Below, piece by piece: positions 1 through 9,737 of a DNA stretch of 64,000 nt. The notes below the pieces were generated by a model. The model was not told the DNA's origin. It did not search any database and saw only the letters and a program-made list of their open reading frames with translations. The translations under genes and the position numbers were made by a program. How positions within the stretch are numbered: position 1 is the first letter of the stretch; each line of letters begins with the position of its first letter. Source of the stretch: a virus; IMG/VR virus record IMGVR_UViG_3300036770_005214, positions 32,001 through 96,000 of that record. The stretch is one strand, 5' to 3'.

Positions 1-1
1 T

Positions 2-733
2 CGGGAGTCGACCCGCTTCGCGATCTACCTGCGAGACGAGTTGACGTGTGTCTGGTGTGGGCGGACCCACGACGAAGGGATCACGCTCACCCTCGACCAC
101 ATCGAGAACCGAAGCGAGGGGGGCGGCAACGAGTGGGACAACATCGTGACCGCGTGTTGGCGCTGCAACAGCCAGCACGTCGGTCAGAAGGGTACGCGGA
201 CGAAAGAGGTGCGGAGGCGGCTGGAACGCTCCCGCGCCCGCAACGCGCAGGCGGACGCCTACCGGGTCGCGGCCCGCATCGTGACGTCACAAGCGGTCGG
301 GTGGGTATCGGAGATCAAGCGACGCTCGCTCATGGCGAGAGGGGAGGAAGGCGTGACGTGGCAGCAGGTCGTGAACATCACGAAGGGTGCGAAGTACGAC
401 GTGTACGTCGGAAGGCCCGGCAAGGGGCAAGACGGGTACTTCGGGAACCCAGTCGAGCTACGCAAGCCCTGCCCCGTGTGCGGCGGTACGCACTGGACGC
501 GGAGCGACACAATCGGGTGCTTCGAGGTCCACGCCCGCGCCCGTGGCGAGCGCGACCCCGAGTACCGCGCCCGGGTCGCCGACCTGCACGACAAGGTGCT
601 CGGGTGTTTCTGCTCCCCGGCGCCCTGCCACGGCGAGGTGCTGCTACGTCTCGCGCAAGAGTGGGAGGGCGAGCGGCAGACGGCCCGTGCGGAAGCGGCG
701 GGCATCTACTACGACGAGACAATCCCCTTCTAG
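2..733 (+). CDS. HNH endonuclease domain fused to DUF4326-like domain (5'-truncated by window edge)
   Basis: Frame is open from base 2 (RESTRFAIYLRDELTCVWCG); LDHI...GG.N..DNIVTACWRCN HNH motif; C-terminal half YVGRP..FGNP..LGCFCSPAPCHGEVL matches DUF4326; ends DETIPF. Confidence 0.8.
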   Translation, partial: RESTRFAIYLRDELTCVWCGRTHDEGITLTLDHIENRSEGGGNEWDNIVTACWRCNSQHVGQKGTRTKEVRRRLERSRARNAQADAYRVAARIVTSQAVGWVSEIKRRSLMARGEEGVTWQQVVNITKGAKYDVYVGRPGKGQDGYFGNPVELRKPCPVCGGTHWTRSDTIGCFEVHARARGERDPEYRARVADLHDKVLGCFCSPAPCHGEVLLRLAQEWEGERQTARAEAAGIYYDETIPF

Positions 734-736
734 GGG

Positions 737-765
737 TTGCGCAGGCGTGCCCCCTGGGCTACGAG
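737..765 (+). promoter_or_regulatory. Class A promoter (TTGCGC-N17-TACGAG, CCCnnnGGG before -10)
   Basis: ttgcgcaggcgtgccccctgggctacgag; same architecture recurs upstream of six other genes. Confidence 0.6.
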
Positions 766-786
766 GCGAGCAGATGAGGTGGTCCG

Positions 787-1827
787 ATGGCACGGCGAAA
801 GAAACCAGTGGAGGGGCAGGTTGCGCTTCCATTCAGCAGCCCGCCCGTCCCGGCGCCGCCCGCGGTAGAGGCTGTGAGTGAGTCGGGGGGCACACTCATG
901 GGGCAACGGGACGAGAGCGGCACGACGCCGTTTGTGGACTCCCCCTCTACACCGCGGACGCCCCCACGGCCATTGATCAAGTGGATCGGCGGCAAGGTCG
1001 CGCTCGCATCGCCCATCGTCGACTGGTACGCGGCCCGCTCGGACGGTACGCCGATCACCTGGGTCGAGCCGTTCTTCGGCGCCGGCTCGGTGTACGCGGA
1101 AGCGTGGGCCCGGCTCCCCATCGTCGCGGCCAGTGTCAGCGACGGCTCGCCCGAGTTGGCGAACCTGTGGACCTATGTCAAGAACGCCCCGCTGACGCTC
1201 GCGGCCGAGTACGAGGGCTGGCGGCTGCGTCAGGAGGCAGCAGACCCGGCGACGCTGGGCGAGGCGGTGTTCTATGAGGCCCGCGATCGGGCGCAGGGCG
1301 ACACGGTAGAGGCCGCGGGCGCGTTCCTGTTCGTGAACCGCACCAGCTTCAACGGGCTGTGGCGCGTCAACAAGAAAGGCAAGGCCAACCCGTCCTGGGG
1401 GAAGCGGTACGCCCCGAAGATCGTGGCGCTGGCCGACTGGATTCCCCTGTTCTCCGGGTTCACTCTGGTCGGGAACCAGACTTGGAGGCCGCTCCCGCCG
1501 GCGGCGATGAAGCCGCTACCGGGACGGGGGCAGACCTTTGTGTACTGCGACCCGCCTTACCCGGGCACCTATGACCTGTATGTGCCCGAGCGCCTGGACC
1601 ACGCCGCCCTGGCGCGATGGGTGGCGGAGCTTGGCACCCATCGGGGCATCGTCGCCGCCATCTCGGGCACCGACTCGGAAGCCGAGCACGCCATCTATGG
1701 GGCCGCGGGCCTCGTGCCAGAGCCCATCGGCGAGTATCACCGCCGCTGCGGGCGCACGGCGCAGAGCCGCATCCGAGTCGTCGAGACGTTGTGGACACTA
1801 CCGCGGAGGGAAGGATGGTCGAGCTAA
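787..1827 (+). CDS. dam: Dam-family (D12 class) DNA adenine methyltransferase
   Basis: KWIGGK, EPFFGAGSV (SAM binding), NRTSFNGLWRVNKKG, YCDPPY catalytic motif. Confidence 0.9.
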   Translation: MARRKKPVEGQVALPFSSPPVPAPPAVEAVSESGGTLMGQRDESGTTPFVDSPSTPRTPPRPLIKWIGGKVALASPIVDWYAARSDGTPITWVEPFFGAGSVYAEAWARLPIVAASVSDGSPELANLWTYVKNAPLTLAAEYEGWRLRQEAADPATLGEAVFYEARDRAQGDTVEAAGAFLFVNRTSFNGLWRVNKKGKANPSWGKRYAPKIVALADWIPLFSGFTLVGNQTWRPLPPAAMKPLPGRGQTFVYCDPPYPGTYDLYVPERLDHAALARWVAELGTHRGIVAAISGTDSEAEHAIYGAAGLVPEPIGEYHRRCGRTAQSRIRVVETLWTLPRREGWSS

Positions 1828-3173
1828 CGGAGGAGCAAGAGGCAGCAGTGGTGGAGATCATGTCCTGGGAAGGGGACGACTTCATCCTGGCGGGCGCAGC
1901 AGGGACCGGAAAGACGACCATCATGCGCGAGGTCGCCGACCGTATGTCAGCGGGCCGGTCGGGGGCGGTTCATCTTCTCGCCCCGACCAACCAAGCGGCC
2001 CGCCGGCTGGCGAAGCTGACGGGGTATGAGACGCTGACGATCCACAAGCTCATCTATGGCAAGCCCGAGGAGCTTCCGAACGGCTCGCTCGTGTTCCCTC
2101 CGCCTCGCCTGACGGAGGACTACGACCCGGCGGCGACCTACATCGTGGACGAGGCGTCGATGGTCGGGAAGCGGCTCGGCGAAGACTTGCGCTCCATCGT
2201 GTCGGGCTTGATCGTGTGGGTCGGCGACCAGGAGCAGTTGAAGCCGGTAGAGGAGACGCCCTACGTCGACCTGCTACGGGCGAACTTCACGCTCGGCACG
2301 GTCCACCGGCAGGCGAAGGGGTCGAAGACGTTGGCCATCGCGACGGAAGTGCGCGCCTTCTCGGCGAACACGCCGCCGGTCCCCCGGCAAGCCTCCCTGT
2401 GGGCGCTGACGCAGCGGCATGGCGTGTCGATGATGGCGTCGGGGAGCGTGACGGCGGCGGCGCAGCGGCTCTTGCACCTGCACCAGAACCCCGACTCGCA
2501 AAGCTCGGTCATCCTCGCGTGGCGCAACGCGGTCCGGCGGGCGACCAACGCGGAGTATCGGCGCATCTGCGCGGCCTCGACGCCGCTGCACCCGGGTGAG
2601 CGGCTGGTGGTGCAGAACAACCACTACAGCGAGGGCTACCTGAATGGGGACGTGCTCCGCGTCCGGCAGGTGGAGTGGCGCGACACGCCGGCATGGCTCG
2701 CGGACTTGCTGGGCCGCCGCATGGCCACCTTCTATGTCGAGGGCGACGACAAGCCGCTCTACACGACGGACTGGCTCTTGCACGGTACGCCGGGCTCGCT
2801 CGAAGAGAAGGACAAGATCGCGGGCGTCGTCTACCCGCCGGGCCTGTCGCGGCGCGACTATATGCAGGCCATCGCGATGGCCCGGGACCGCGCCAAGACG
2901 ATGTATGGCAGCGAGCAGGCGACCCAGGAACAGCTAGACAACCTGGAGAAGATCAATCGCGGCCTGTCGCGGATGCTGTACGTTGACTACGCCTACTGTA
3001 TGACCGTCCACCGCTTCCAGGGTAGCCAAGCGCACACGGTCGTGCTCGTGTGGGAGCAGGAGTGGATGTGGACGGGGAAGAAGGCGCCGCCCGACCGCCG
3101 AGACGACACGCGGCGGTGGCTCTACACCGCCCTGACGCGCGCCGAGAAAGACGTGTTCGTCGTGCAGTTGTGA
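1815..3173 (+). CDS. RecD/Dda-like superfamily 1B helicase
   Basis: GAAGTGKT, LAPTNQAA, TIHKLIY, IVDEASM, GDQEQLKPV, YCMTVHRFQGS, LYTALTRA; start moved to ATG 1815 after GGAGGGAAGG. Confidence 0.9.
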   Translation: MVELTEEQEAAVVEIMSWEGDDFILAGAAGTGKTTIMREVADRMSAGRSGAVHLLAPTNQAARRLAKLTGYETLTIHKLIYGKPEELPNGSLVFPPPRLTEDYDPAATYIVDEASMVGKRLGEDLRSIVSGLIVWVGDQEQLKPVEETPYVDLLRANFTLGTVHRQAKGSKTLAIATEVRAFSANTPPVPRQASLWALTQRHGVSMMASGSVTAAAQRLLHLHQNPDSQSSVILAWRNAVRRATNAEYRRICAASTPLHPGERLVVQNNHYSEGYLNGDVLRVRQVEWRDTPAWLADLLGRRMATFYVEGDDKPLYTTDWLLHGTPGSLEEKDKIAGVVYPPGLSRRDYMQAIAMARDRAKTMYGSEQATQEQLDNLEKINRGLSRMLYVDYAYCMTVHRFQGSQAHTVVLVWEQEWMWTGKKAPPDRRDDTRRWLYTALTRAEKDVFVVQL

Positions 3174-3397
3174 GGTGGCCCAATGGCATCCGAGCAACCT
3201 GTGTTCTGTGCGGAACCCCAGTCTGCTACACCGGACGCGAGCCCGGTGGCATGGTCGTGCTGGTGCCTCGCTGCGGTTCGTGCCGTTCCTTCCGTCCGCT
3301 ACTTCACGGTGGTGAGCGAACCGGGGTCGAGGAGGCTTCACGCCGTCGCGACGCCTGGGTGCGCCTCCACGCTGCCATCGAGTACACCGCCCCCTGA
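3170..3397 (+). CDS. Small putative zinc-ribbon protein
   Basis: GTGA overlap with helicase stop; CVLC...CGSC pairs. Confidence 0.5.
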   Translation: MRWPNGIRATCVLCGTPVCYTGREPGGMVVLVPRCGSCRSFRPLLHGGERTGVEEASRRRDAWVRLHAAIEYTAP

Positions 3398-3422
3398 TCT
3401 CTCCCACCCGGTACAACCTCGC

Positions 3423-3451
3423 TCGCCCTTGTGAGCCCTCCGGGTTACACG
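3423..3451 (+). promoter_or_regulatory. Class A promoter (weak -35)
   Basis: gagccctccgggttacacg, just upstream of the RBS of ORF 3471. Confidence 0.45.
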
Positions 3452-3470
3452 GTGGCCGGAGGATGGACCG

Positions 3471-4976
3471 ATGCCGGACTTTCAAGTCAAGCTGGTGGCG
3501 CCGAACGACAACCACATGCGCCAGTTGCGTTTCGCGATCAGCGGCAGCACGGGCAACGTGAAGGAAGGGGACAGCGGCGGCTACCAGACCGCGGCGAATG
3601 ACGCCAACGCGCAACAGAAGCTAGAACTGGCGTTGCTCCAGTTTCATAGCCAGTTGGCCCGGCTCACCGTCTGGCGCTCCTTCGGAACAGGCAACGGGGA
3701 ACTGCTCGATCTGGACGAGATGATTCGGACCTCCGCCCCCGGCACCTTGCCTCCCGTCCAAGTCCCCGTGCAGACCGCACCGAAGCTGGTCCCGACGCCG
3801 GGCCTGACGCCGGGCGAGATGATTCCACGGTACAACCCGGACGGGGGCATCTTCGCCTATGAGGGCGTGGACGAGGACGGCAAGACGTTCGCGTACCAAG
3901 TCAAGCAACTCAAGCCCGCGAACATCCGCATCGTGGAGTGGCCGGCGAAGCCCATCCCATTCCGCGAACAGCCCGGCAACGCCTACGATCTCATCCGGCT
4001 GCGCAAGACGAGCAACGACGAGCGCCTGAGGATCGACCTGCGCAAGCCCGGCCCGCATCGCGTCGTCGTGCGCATGGGGGATATGACCGCCGGAACGGGC
4101 CGGCACTACCGCGTCCAGTACGACCCGACGCAGCCGGCGGACCAGCGGTACGGGACCATGACGACGGACGCCTCGGGGGGTCTGACGGTGGTCGCCCGGT
4201 CCTCCAACTATGAGGCGGCGGTGTGGGCCATCGGCGTGTACGAGCGGGCGCAGCGCACCGGCTGGGAGCAGTGGGTCGAGAAGCAGTACGGGGCGGCGAT
4301 CAACCCGAACGGCCCGACGACCAGCGTCGCGACCGACCCCCAGACCCTTCAACCGGTCGGAATCCCCTCTCCTCTTCAGCCCCTTCACTCGGTCCCGCAG
4401 ATCTCCGCATCGGACGTAAACCCCGGTGACCCGACGCACGAGCCCAGCATCCGCCCGCCGATCGAAACGGGTGACCCATCCAACAAGCCCGACCTGCTCA
4501 CGCCCGAGATCGCCCTACTCAAGGGAAGGAACAGGGCCCTAGAGCAGCAGATCGAACAGATGGCAAAGCAGGTGGAGATCCCTGGCCCCGGCGTGGCGGC
4601 GGAGCTTGCTCGGGCTCGGTCTGACCTCAAGCTCCTTCGGTCGGGGCTGGAGGGTCTGGTGGGCGCGTCGCCGACGGCGAGCATCCATGACCTCGCCTCG
4701 CAGGTGTTCTTCCGGCTGCGCGAGCAGACGAACGAGTTGGCGGCATGGCGGCAGATCCGGGAGACCTTCCCGGCAGACCTCACCGATGCGGAGGTTATCG
4801 AGGCGGCCGTGTGGGCGGTCGACGCGGCCCGCAAGGCAAAGGAAGCGCAGCCGGCGGAAGGGAAGCGCACGGGCAGCCGTCGGAAGCGGGCCGAGCCGCA
4901 GACGCTCCCCGACCCGCTCCCCTTGCCGGTGGCGGAGGAGGAGGTGGGCGTTCTGCCCTCCGTGGAGGGGGCGTGA
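3471..4976 (+). CDS. Hypothetical protein (501 aa, C-terminal coiled coil)
   Basis: Long ORF with GGAGG RBS, coupled to the next gene. Confidence 0.75.
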   Translation: MPDFQVKLVAPNDNHMRQLRFAISGSTGNVKEGDSGGYQTAANDANAQQKLELALLQFHSQLARLTVWRSFGTGNGELLDLDEMIRTSAPGTLPPVQVPVQTAPKLVPTPGLTPGEMIPRYNPDGGIFAYEGVDEDGKTFAYQVKQLKPANIRIVEWPAKPIPFREQPGNAYDLIRLRKTSNDERLRIDLRKPGPHRVVVRMGDMTAGTGRHYRVQYDPTQPADQRYGTMTTDASGGLTVVARSSNYEAAVWAIGVYERAQRTGWEQWVEKQYGAAINPNGPTTSVATDPQTLQPVGIPSPLQPLHSVPQISASDVNPGDPTHEPSIRPPIETGDPSNKPDLLTPEIALLKGRNRALEQQIEQMAKQVEIPGPGVAAELARARSDLKLLRSGLEGLVGASPTASIHDLASQVFFRLREQTNELAAWRQIRETFPADLTDAEVIEAAVWAVDAARKAKEAQPAEGKRTGSRRKRAEPQTLPDPLPLPVAEEEVGVLPSVEGA

Positions 4977-5914
4977 TCTTCAACGCCGAGGCGCTTCAGA
5001 CTGCGCGGTCGGCGGAGGACGACACGCGGGCCCGGCCTGTCGAGCCGTCCTTCGAGCCGCGGGGCTTGTTGCTCATCGACACGGGTCCGTCCCGCGCCGG
5101 TGCGCACCAGATGGAGACGTTTGAGATCTGCCCCCGCATGTTCCGCCTCATTCAAGAGGCGCGTTCGGAGGTGCAGGTCGCGGGGCAGTTGCCGGCCACC
5201 TTCTACCTCGACCGGGGCTCGCTGGTTCACATCGGGCTCGCGCACTACCACGCCCAGCGGGCCATCCGGGAGCAAGGGGTTGTCCGGGTGGGCGACGATC
5301 AGGTGCGCGACCCGGCAGCGATGTACGACCCCCTGGAAGCGGTCCACGTCGCGGCGCACGCGAGCACCGAGCGCAAGGCCACGCTCCGCGAGAGCGAGAT
5401 GCTGGTGCGGCGGTATATCGAGTGGTCGGAAGGGGCTGGGCCTATCCCGTGGCAGGTGCTCGGCATCGAGGTGGAGCTAGGCATCATGCTGACGCCGAGC
5501 GAGCTATACACGGCGCGGGTCGATATGCTGGTCCGCGACCGCACAACGGGGCGAATCCTGGTGGTTGACCACAAGACCGCCTACAACCCCGCGGACGCGC
5601 CAACGATGTACGGGCACTCGTGGCAGATGCTCGGCATCCAGGAGATCGGGCGGGAGCGGTTCGGCGACAAGTGGGGCGGGGTCGTGCTCAACTGCATCGC
5701 GTCGTCTCGCGAGCCGAAGAAGCTGGTCGTGCGGGCGCCGCCCTCGGTGGCCCCGGTCCTCGCAGGTCGGTGGCGCGAGATGGCCATCGCCCGGCGTGCA
5801 GAGTTGCGGGCCGCGCAAGCGGCGGACCTCGCGGACGTCCCCTTTCGCCTGTCGTCGTGTTGGCGGCCTCGCGAGGGTCTGTGTCCTGTCTACAAGGCAT
5901 GTGGTGTGCGATGA
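4973..5914 (+). CDS. Cas4/AddB-like PD-(D/E)xK exonuclease with probable Fe-S cluster
   Basis: ARVDMLVRD...VVDHKT motif; one N-terminal Cys (FEICPR) plus three C-terminal Cys (SCW..LCPVYKAC); GTGA overlap start. Confidence 0.8.
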   Translation: MIFNAEALQTARSAEDDTRARPVEPSFEPRGLLLIDTGPSRAGAHQMETFEICPRMFRLIQEARSEVQVAGQLPATFYLDRGSLVHIGLAHYHAQRAIREQGVVRVGDDQVRDPAAMYDPLEAVHVAAHASTERKATLRESEMLVRRYIEWSEGAGPIPWQVLGIEVELGIMLTPSELYTARVDMLVRDRTTGRILVVDHKTAYNPADAPTMYGHSWQMLGIQEIGRERFGDKWGGVVLNCIASSREPKKLVVRAPPSVAPVLAGRWREMAIARRAELRAAQAADLADVPFRLSSCWRPREGLCPVYKACGVR

Positions 5915-7095
5915 CGTGGCAGCGCGGACTGGTCAGTATCTCCCGAGCCGTCGAGGAGTTGAACCTCGGGCTGATCGAGCGCAAGCGCGAGGTCTACCTG
6001 TCGATGGTGGCCTTGGTCGCACGCCAACACCTCTTCCTGCTCGGCCCTCCGGGTACGGGCAAGAGCTTTGTGGCACGGAAGGTCGGGCAGGCGACCGGCG
6101 GGCCCTTCTATGAGATCTTGCTTACCAAGTTCACCACGCCGGATGAAGTCTTCGGACCCATCAGCGTGAAGGGGCTTATCGAGCGCGAGACCTATGAGCG
6201 GAAGGTGGACGGCTACCTGCCGACGGCGCGGGTCGCGTTCACCGACGAGATCTGGAAGGCCTCGTCTGCCATCTTGAACAACCTGCTCACCATCATCAAC
6301 GAACGGGTATTCGACAACGGCGGCCGGCGCATCGCGGTCCCGCTCGACACGGTGATCGCAGCCTCGAACGAGCTACCCGAGGATGACACGCTGTCGGCGC
6401 TCTATGACCGCTTCCTGCTCCGCCACGAGGTAGCGCCCGTATCGAACCCCATCCAACTCCTCTCCCCCCTTCCCGAGGTCGCCCCGAAGATCGACCACCT
6501 GGGCGACGTGCAGGAAGCGGCCCGGCACGTCACGCTCCCGAGCAACGTCCAGGGGGCGATGGTCGCGCTGAAAGGGGTGCTGGCGAAGAAGGGGATTGAG
6601 ATCGGCGACCGGCGGTTTCAGCAGTCCGCCCGGCTCGTGCAGGCGACCGCGTTGCTCGACGGGGGCAAGATGGTCGCGGGGCCCGAGCACCTGCGCATCC
6701 TGACGGCCTGCTACTGGGAGACGCCCGACCAGATACCGGCCGTCGAGACGGAAGTGCTGCGGGCGATCGGCCCCGGCATCCCCTTGGCGAGCGGGCAGCG
6801 GGCAGCGCCGGCCCAGAACCGCGCACCGGCGGGCCCTTCGGCGCTCGCGCAGGTCATCGCAGGCGAGCCGATGGCGACCACCATCGCCATGGCCATGCGG
6901 GGCATGAATCAGGGCGCCATTGACCTGTTGCGCGACCACGCCCTGCACCTGCGGATCGACAAGATGCTGACGCAGCCCCAGGTGACCGAAGCGGCGACGC
7001 CGGTCAAGAACATCGTCGACCAAGCGCAGAACTGGAAGACGAGCATCCAGGGCCACATCGCCAACACACCGGGGGCGTCGTGGGGCCCGCCCTAA
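5911..7095 (+). CDS. RavA-like MoxR AAA+ ATPase
   Basis: LLGPPGTGKS, LLTKFTTPDEVFGP, FTDEIWKASSAILNNLL, AASNELPE, ALYDRF; ATGA overlap start. Confidence 0.9.
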   Translation: MTWQRGLVSISRAVEELNLGLIERKREVYLSMVALVARQHLFLLGPPGTGKSFVARKVGQATGGPFYEILLTKFTTPDEVFGPISVKGLIERETYERKVDGYLPTARVAFTDEIWKASSAILNNLLTIINERVFDNGGRRIAVPLDTVIAASNELPEDDTLSALYDRFLLRHEVAPVSNPIQLLSPLPEVAPKIDHLGDVQEAARHVTLPSNVQGAMVALKGVLAKKGIEIGDRRFQQSARLVQATALLDGGKMVAGPEHLRILTACYWETPDQIPAVETEVLRAIGPGIPLASGQRAAPAQNRAPAGPSALAQVIAGEPMATTIAMAMRGMNQGAIDLLRDHALHLRIDKMLTQPQVTEAATPVKNIVDQAQNWKTSIQGHIANTPGASWGPP

Positions 7096-8519
7096 CGCCG
7101 CTGCGTGTCCCTTACCGGCTCCCGCTCCCCGACCGGCCCATCCTGGCGGCGGAGGGGCCGGCTGTCGACGACCTCTACGTCCCACCGCTCGACGTGCCCC
7201 CGAACCTGCCCGAGCCGTTGGTGCGGCAGGTCGAGCGCGACCTCTTGCACATCGTCTATCGGGACGGCGGCGGTCACCCGGGCTGGGCCATCCCCGACGA
7301 GGTAGAGCAGCTATGCGAGGGCTTCGCGGGCCGCTGGGAAGAGGCGTGCTCGGAGGGCGGCAAGCTCGAAGACCTCTTGAGCCGCTTGTGGCTTCAACCC
7401 GCCGAACCAACCTGGAATGGACTCCCCTATGACCCACGAGACGACCTTCGAGATCTGGCTGCGCATCTGTTGGGCATGGACGGTGGTGGCGGGGGCGGCG
7501 GCGGCGCTGGCGCTGGTGGCGGGGGCGAAGGGTCTGACGCGGAGGGGGAGGACCAAGAAGCGGAAGGGATGGCGCCTCTTGGCACGGGCGAGGAGACGGA
7601 TGGAGATCCGAAGGATGCGGAGCGGCGCGAAACGCTAGCGAAGCTGCTCCCGGACCTGCGACACCTGGGCTCGTCTGCGCTCGACGCGACGATGGACGAG
7701 GCCCAGCTACGGAAGCTGGCGGATGACCTCGACCGCGATCCGCACCTGCGGCGGATGCTCGACCTCATCGGCCGCGTCTCGTCGTCGGCGTGGATGCCGG
7801 CGAAGCGTCAGCCGTCCGGGGCGCGGGAGGATGTGCGGGACCTGGAGCAAGGGGCGGACCTCTCCCGGCTCATCCCGATCGAGTACGCACGCTTCGCGAC
7901 CCCTCTTGCCCCCTTCGCCTACGTCGACTTTGTGGAGCGCCGGCTGCTTCAGCTTCGGGTGGACGGCTCGGAGCCGAAGGGGCGCGGACCCATCGTGGCG
8001 GCGATTGACCTCTCGGGCTCTATGTCGATGGACGTGTTGAACCTCTCGGGCATGACGAAGCCGATTGACGTGGCGAAGGTGCTGGCGGTGGCGCTCGTGA
8101 AGATCGCGAGCGTGCAGCGAAGGGGCATCCACATCATCGGGTTCGATACGCGGGTGCTGTGGGAGACGGGGGCGCGGAAAGGGACGGGCAACTATCTGAA
8201 GGTCATCGAGCAGATCATGGGCGCCCGGGTGGTCGGCGGGACCGACTTCACCGCGCCTGTCTTGCGGATGCTCTCGCAGGTGCGGGGGGACATGCGCGAG
8301 GCCGACTTGCTGATGATCACCGACGGGGACGCGCACCTCGCCGACCACGCGCAGTCGGAGCTACGCCACGAGCAGCGTCGGAAGGGCACGCGATTGTTCT
8401 CCCTGTTGATTGGCAACGGGGCGCAGGGGAGCGTGCTGACCACCTTGTCCGACGCCGCGATCCCGTTGCGATCGTTTGACGACTTGGAGCGTATCGGGCG
8501 GGAAATCGCGAAGCGATAG
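7080..8519 (+). CDS. ViaA-like von Willebrand factor A domain protein
   Basis: DLSRLIPIE, KGRGPIVAAIDLSGSM (MIDAS DxSxS), GGTDF, DLLMITDG; adjacent to MoxR ATPase; start uncertain. Confidence 0.85.
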   Translation: MGPALTPLRVPYRLPLPDRPILAAEGPAVDDLYVPPLDVPPNLPEPLVRQVERDLLHIVYRDGGGHPGWAIPDEVEQLCEGFAGRWEEACSEGGKLEDLLSRLWLQPAEPTWNGLPYDPRDDLRDLAAHLLGMDGGGGGGGGAGAGGGGEGSDAEGEDQEAEGMAPLGTGEETDGDPKDAERRETLAKLLPDLRHLGSSALDATMDEAQLRKLADDLDRDPHLRRMLDLIGRVSSSAWMPAKRQPSGAREDVRDLEQGADLSRLIPIEYARFATPLAPFAYVDFVERRLLQLRVDGSEPKGRGPIVAAIDLSGSMSMDVLNLSGMTKPIDVAKVLAVALVKIASVQRRGIHIIGFDTRVLWETGARKGTGNYLKVIEQIMGARVVGGTDFTAPVLRMLSQVRGDMREADLLMITDGDAHLADHAQSELRHEQRRKGTRLFSLLIGNGAQGSVLTTLSDAAIPLRSFDDLERIGREIAKR

Positions 8520-8552
8520 CGGCTTGGTATTCCCCGACTTGATCTTTCTTCC

Positions 8553-8581
8553 TTGCAGGCCTGTGCCCCCTGGGCTACACA
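8553..8581 (+). promoter_or_regulatory. Class A promoter (TTGCAG-N17-TACACA)
   Basis: ttgcaggcctgtgccccctgggctacaca. Confidence 0.6.
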
Positions 8582-8617
8582 AAGGCCACCAACACGTTCC
8601 TTGCCTGGGGAACACGA

Positions 8618-9667
8618 ATGACGACGACCGCTGACTTGCGGGTAGCCCGTGTGCTGTCCGCGGCTGGTATCTGGGGTGTCTATGGACCTCCCGGTGCCGG
8701 CAAAACGATTGATGGGATCCGCGCCTTCCCCGAAGGGGGATGGGTCGGAGACGAGTTGGATATGCGGTCTGCCGCAGCCCACCTCGGCTGGCTTCCAAAG
8801 GAGATCAAGACGGGGGAGTACACCTTCGTCGACCTCTTCAAGATCATGGATGAGTGGTTTCCGGGGGAGAAGAACCCGAAGGGGCTGACCGCGTTCTGCG
8901 TGGACGAGTTGAACAGCATGGTCACCCGTGCGCTCAATCGCTTCACCTTGAACGGCAAGCCCGTGAAGGACATCCGCCTCGCCCACCTGCACCTGGGCCC
9001 GAAGCTGGTTGAACTGTTTGACCGCTTCCGGCGCTTGAACCACGCGGGCATCCACGTCTACTGGAACGGGCATCTCCTCCGCCCGGTCTATGAGCAGGTC
9101 AAGCAAGGCGACGGCAGCTTTGTCGACGGCGAGCTAGACCGCGAGGGCGGCGCCGACTTCCCCGCCTCCATGCTCAAGACGGTGAGCAAGCGCAGCGATG
9201 GCTTGCTCCGCATCGACACGGACCCCACGCGGGCCATGCAGAAGCACCGTCCGTTCTCCTACTACGGCAACCATTCGCCCGAACTGGTGAACTCGACGGA
9301 CTACTACCAGAAGGATCGCCTCGGCGTCGTGGCGGTTCCGGCTCCGGTCAACCTCGCGGAGGTGCTGCGCAGCCGGGGCATCCGGGTGCCTCGCCCTCGC
9401 GTGCCGGTCTCGGGCATGGAAGGGGCGCCGACCGTCGAAGAGTACCTGGAGCCTCGGATCGCGCACTTCGCGCAGCGTGGGGCCTCCGAGTTTGATGGGA
9501 AGGGAGTCGAGACGGAGTTTGTGCGTCTCCTCCTCTCCGAGCAGCAGCAGTACGGCATCGCAGACGCCGTGGTGCTGTGGGGTATCGAGGACTTCCGAGC
9601 ACGAGTCGAGTTGGCGAAGTCGCAGACCCTCGCCGCACGTCTCGCCTCCATGGGTATCCACGTTTGA
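8618..9667 (+). CDS. Sak4-like / AAA_24 P-loop ATPase (probable single-strand annealing protein)
   Basis: GVYGPPGAGKT, FCVDELNS, KDRLG; sits between a nuclease and an SSB-like gene. Confidence 0.7.
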   Translation: MTTTADLRVARVLSAAGIWGVYGPPGAGKTIDGIRAFPEGGWVGDELDMRSAAAHLGWLPKEIKTGEYTFVDLFKIMDEWFPGEKNPKGLTAFCVDELNSMVTRALNRFTLNGKPVKDIRLAHLHLGPKLVELFDRFRRLNHAGIHVYWNGHLLRPVYEQVKQGDGSFVDGELDREGGADFPASMLKTVSKRSDGLLRIDTDPTRAMQKHRPFSYYGNHSPELVNSTDYYQKDRLGVVAVPAPVNLAEVLRSRGIRVPRPRVPVSGMEGAPTVEEYLEPRIAHFAQRGASEFDGKGVETEFVRLLLSEQQQYGIADAVVLWGIEDFRARVELAKSQTLAARLASMGIHV

Positions 9668-9737
9668 TCTACCGCCCGAGTGGCCCGCGCGTGCCGGTTG
9701 CACGTTTGCCTGAAAACACCAACGGAAGAGAACAACC

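Noticed and set aside
4973-5914. Cas4-like gene as evidence of CRISPR-Cas
   Set aside because: No cas1/cas2 and no repeat-spacer array; solo Cas4-like nucleases are common in phages
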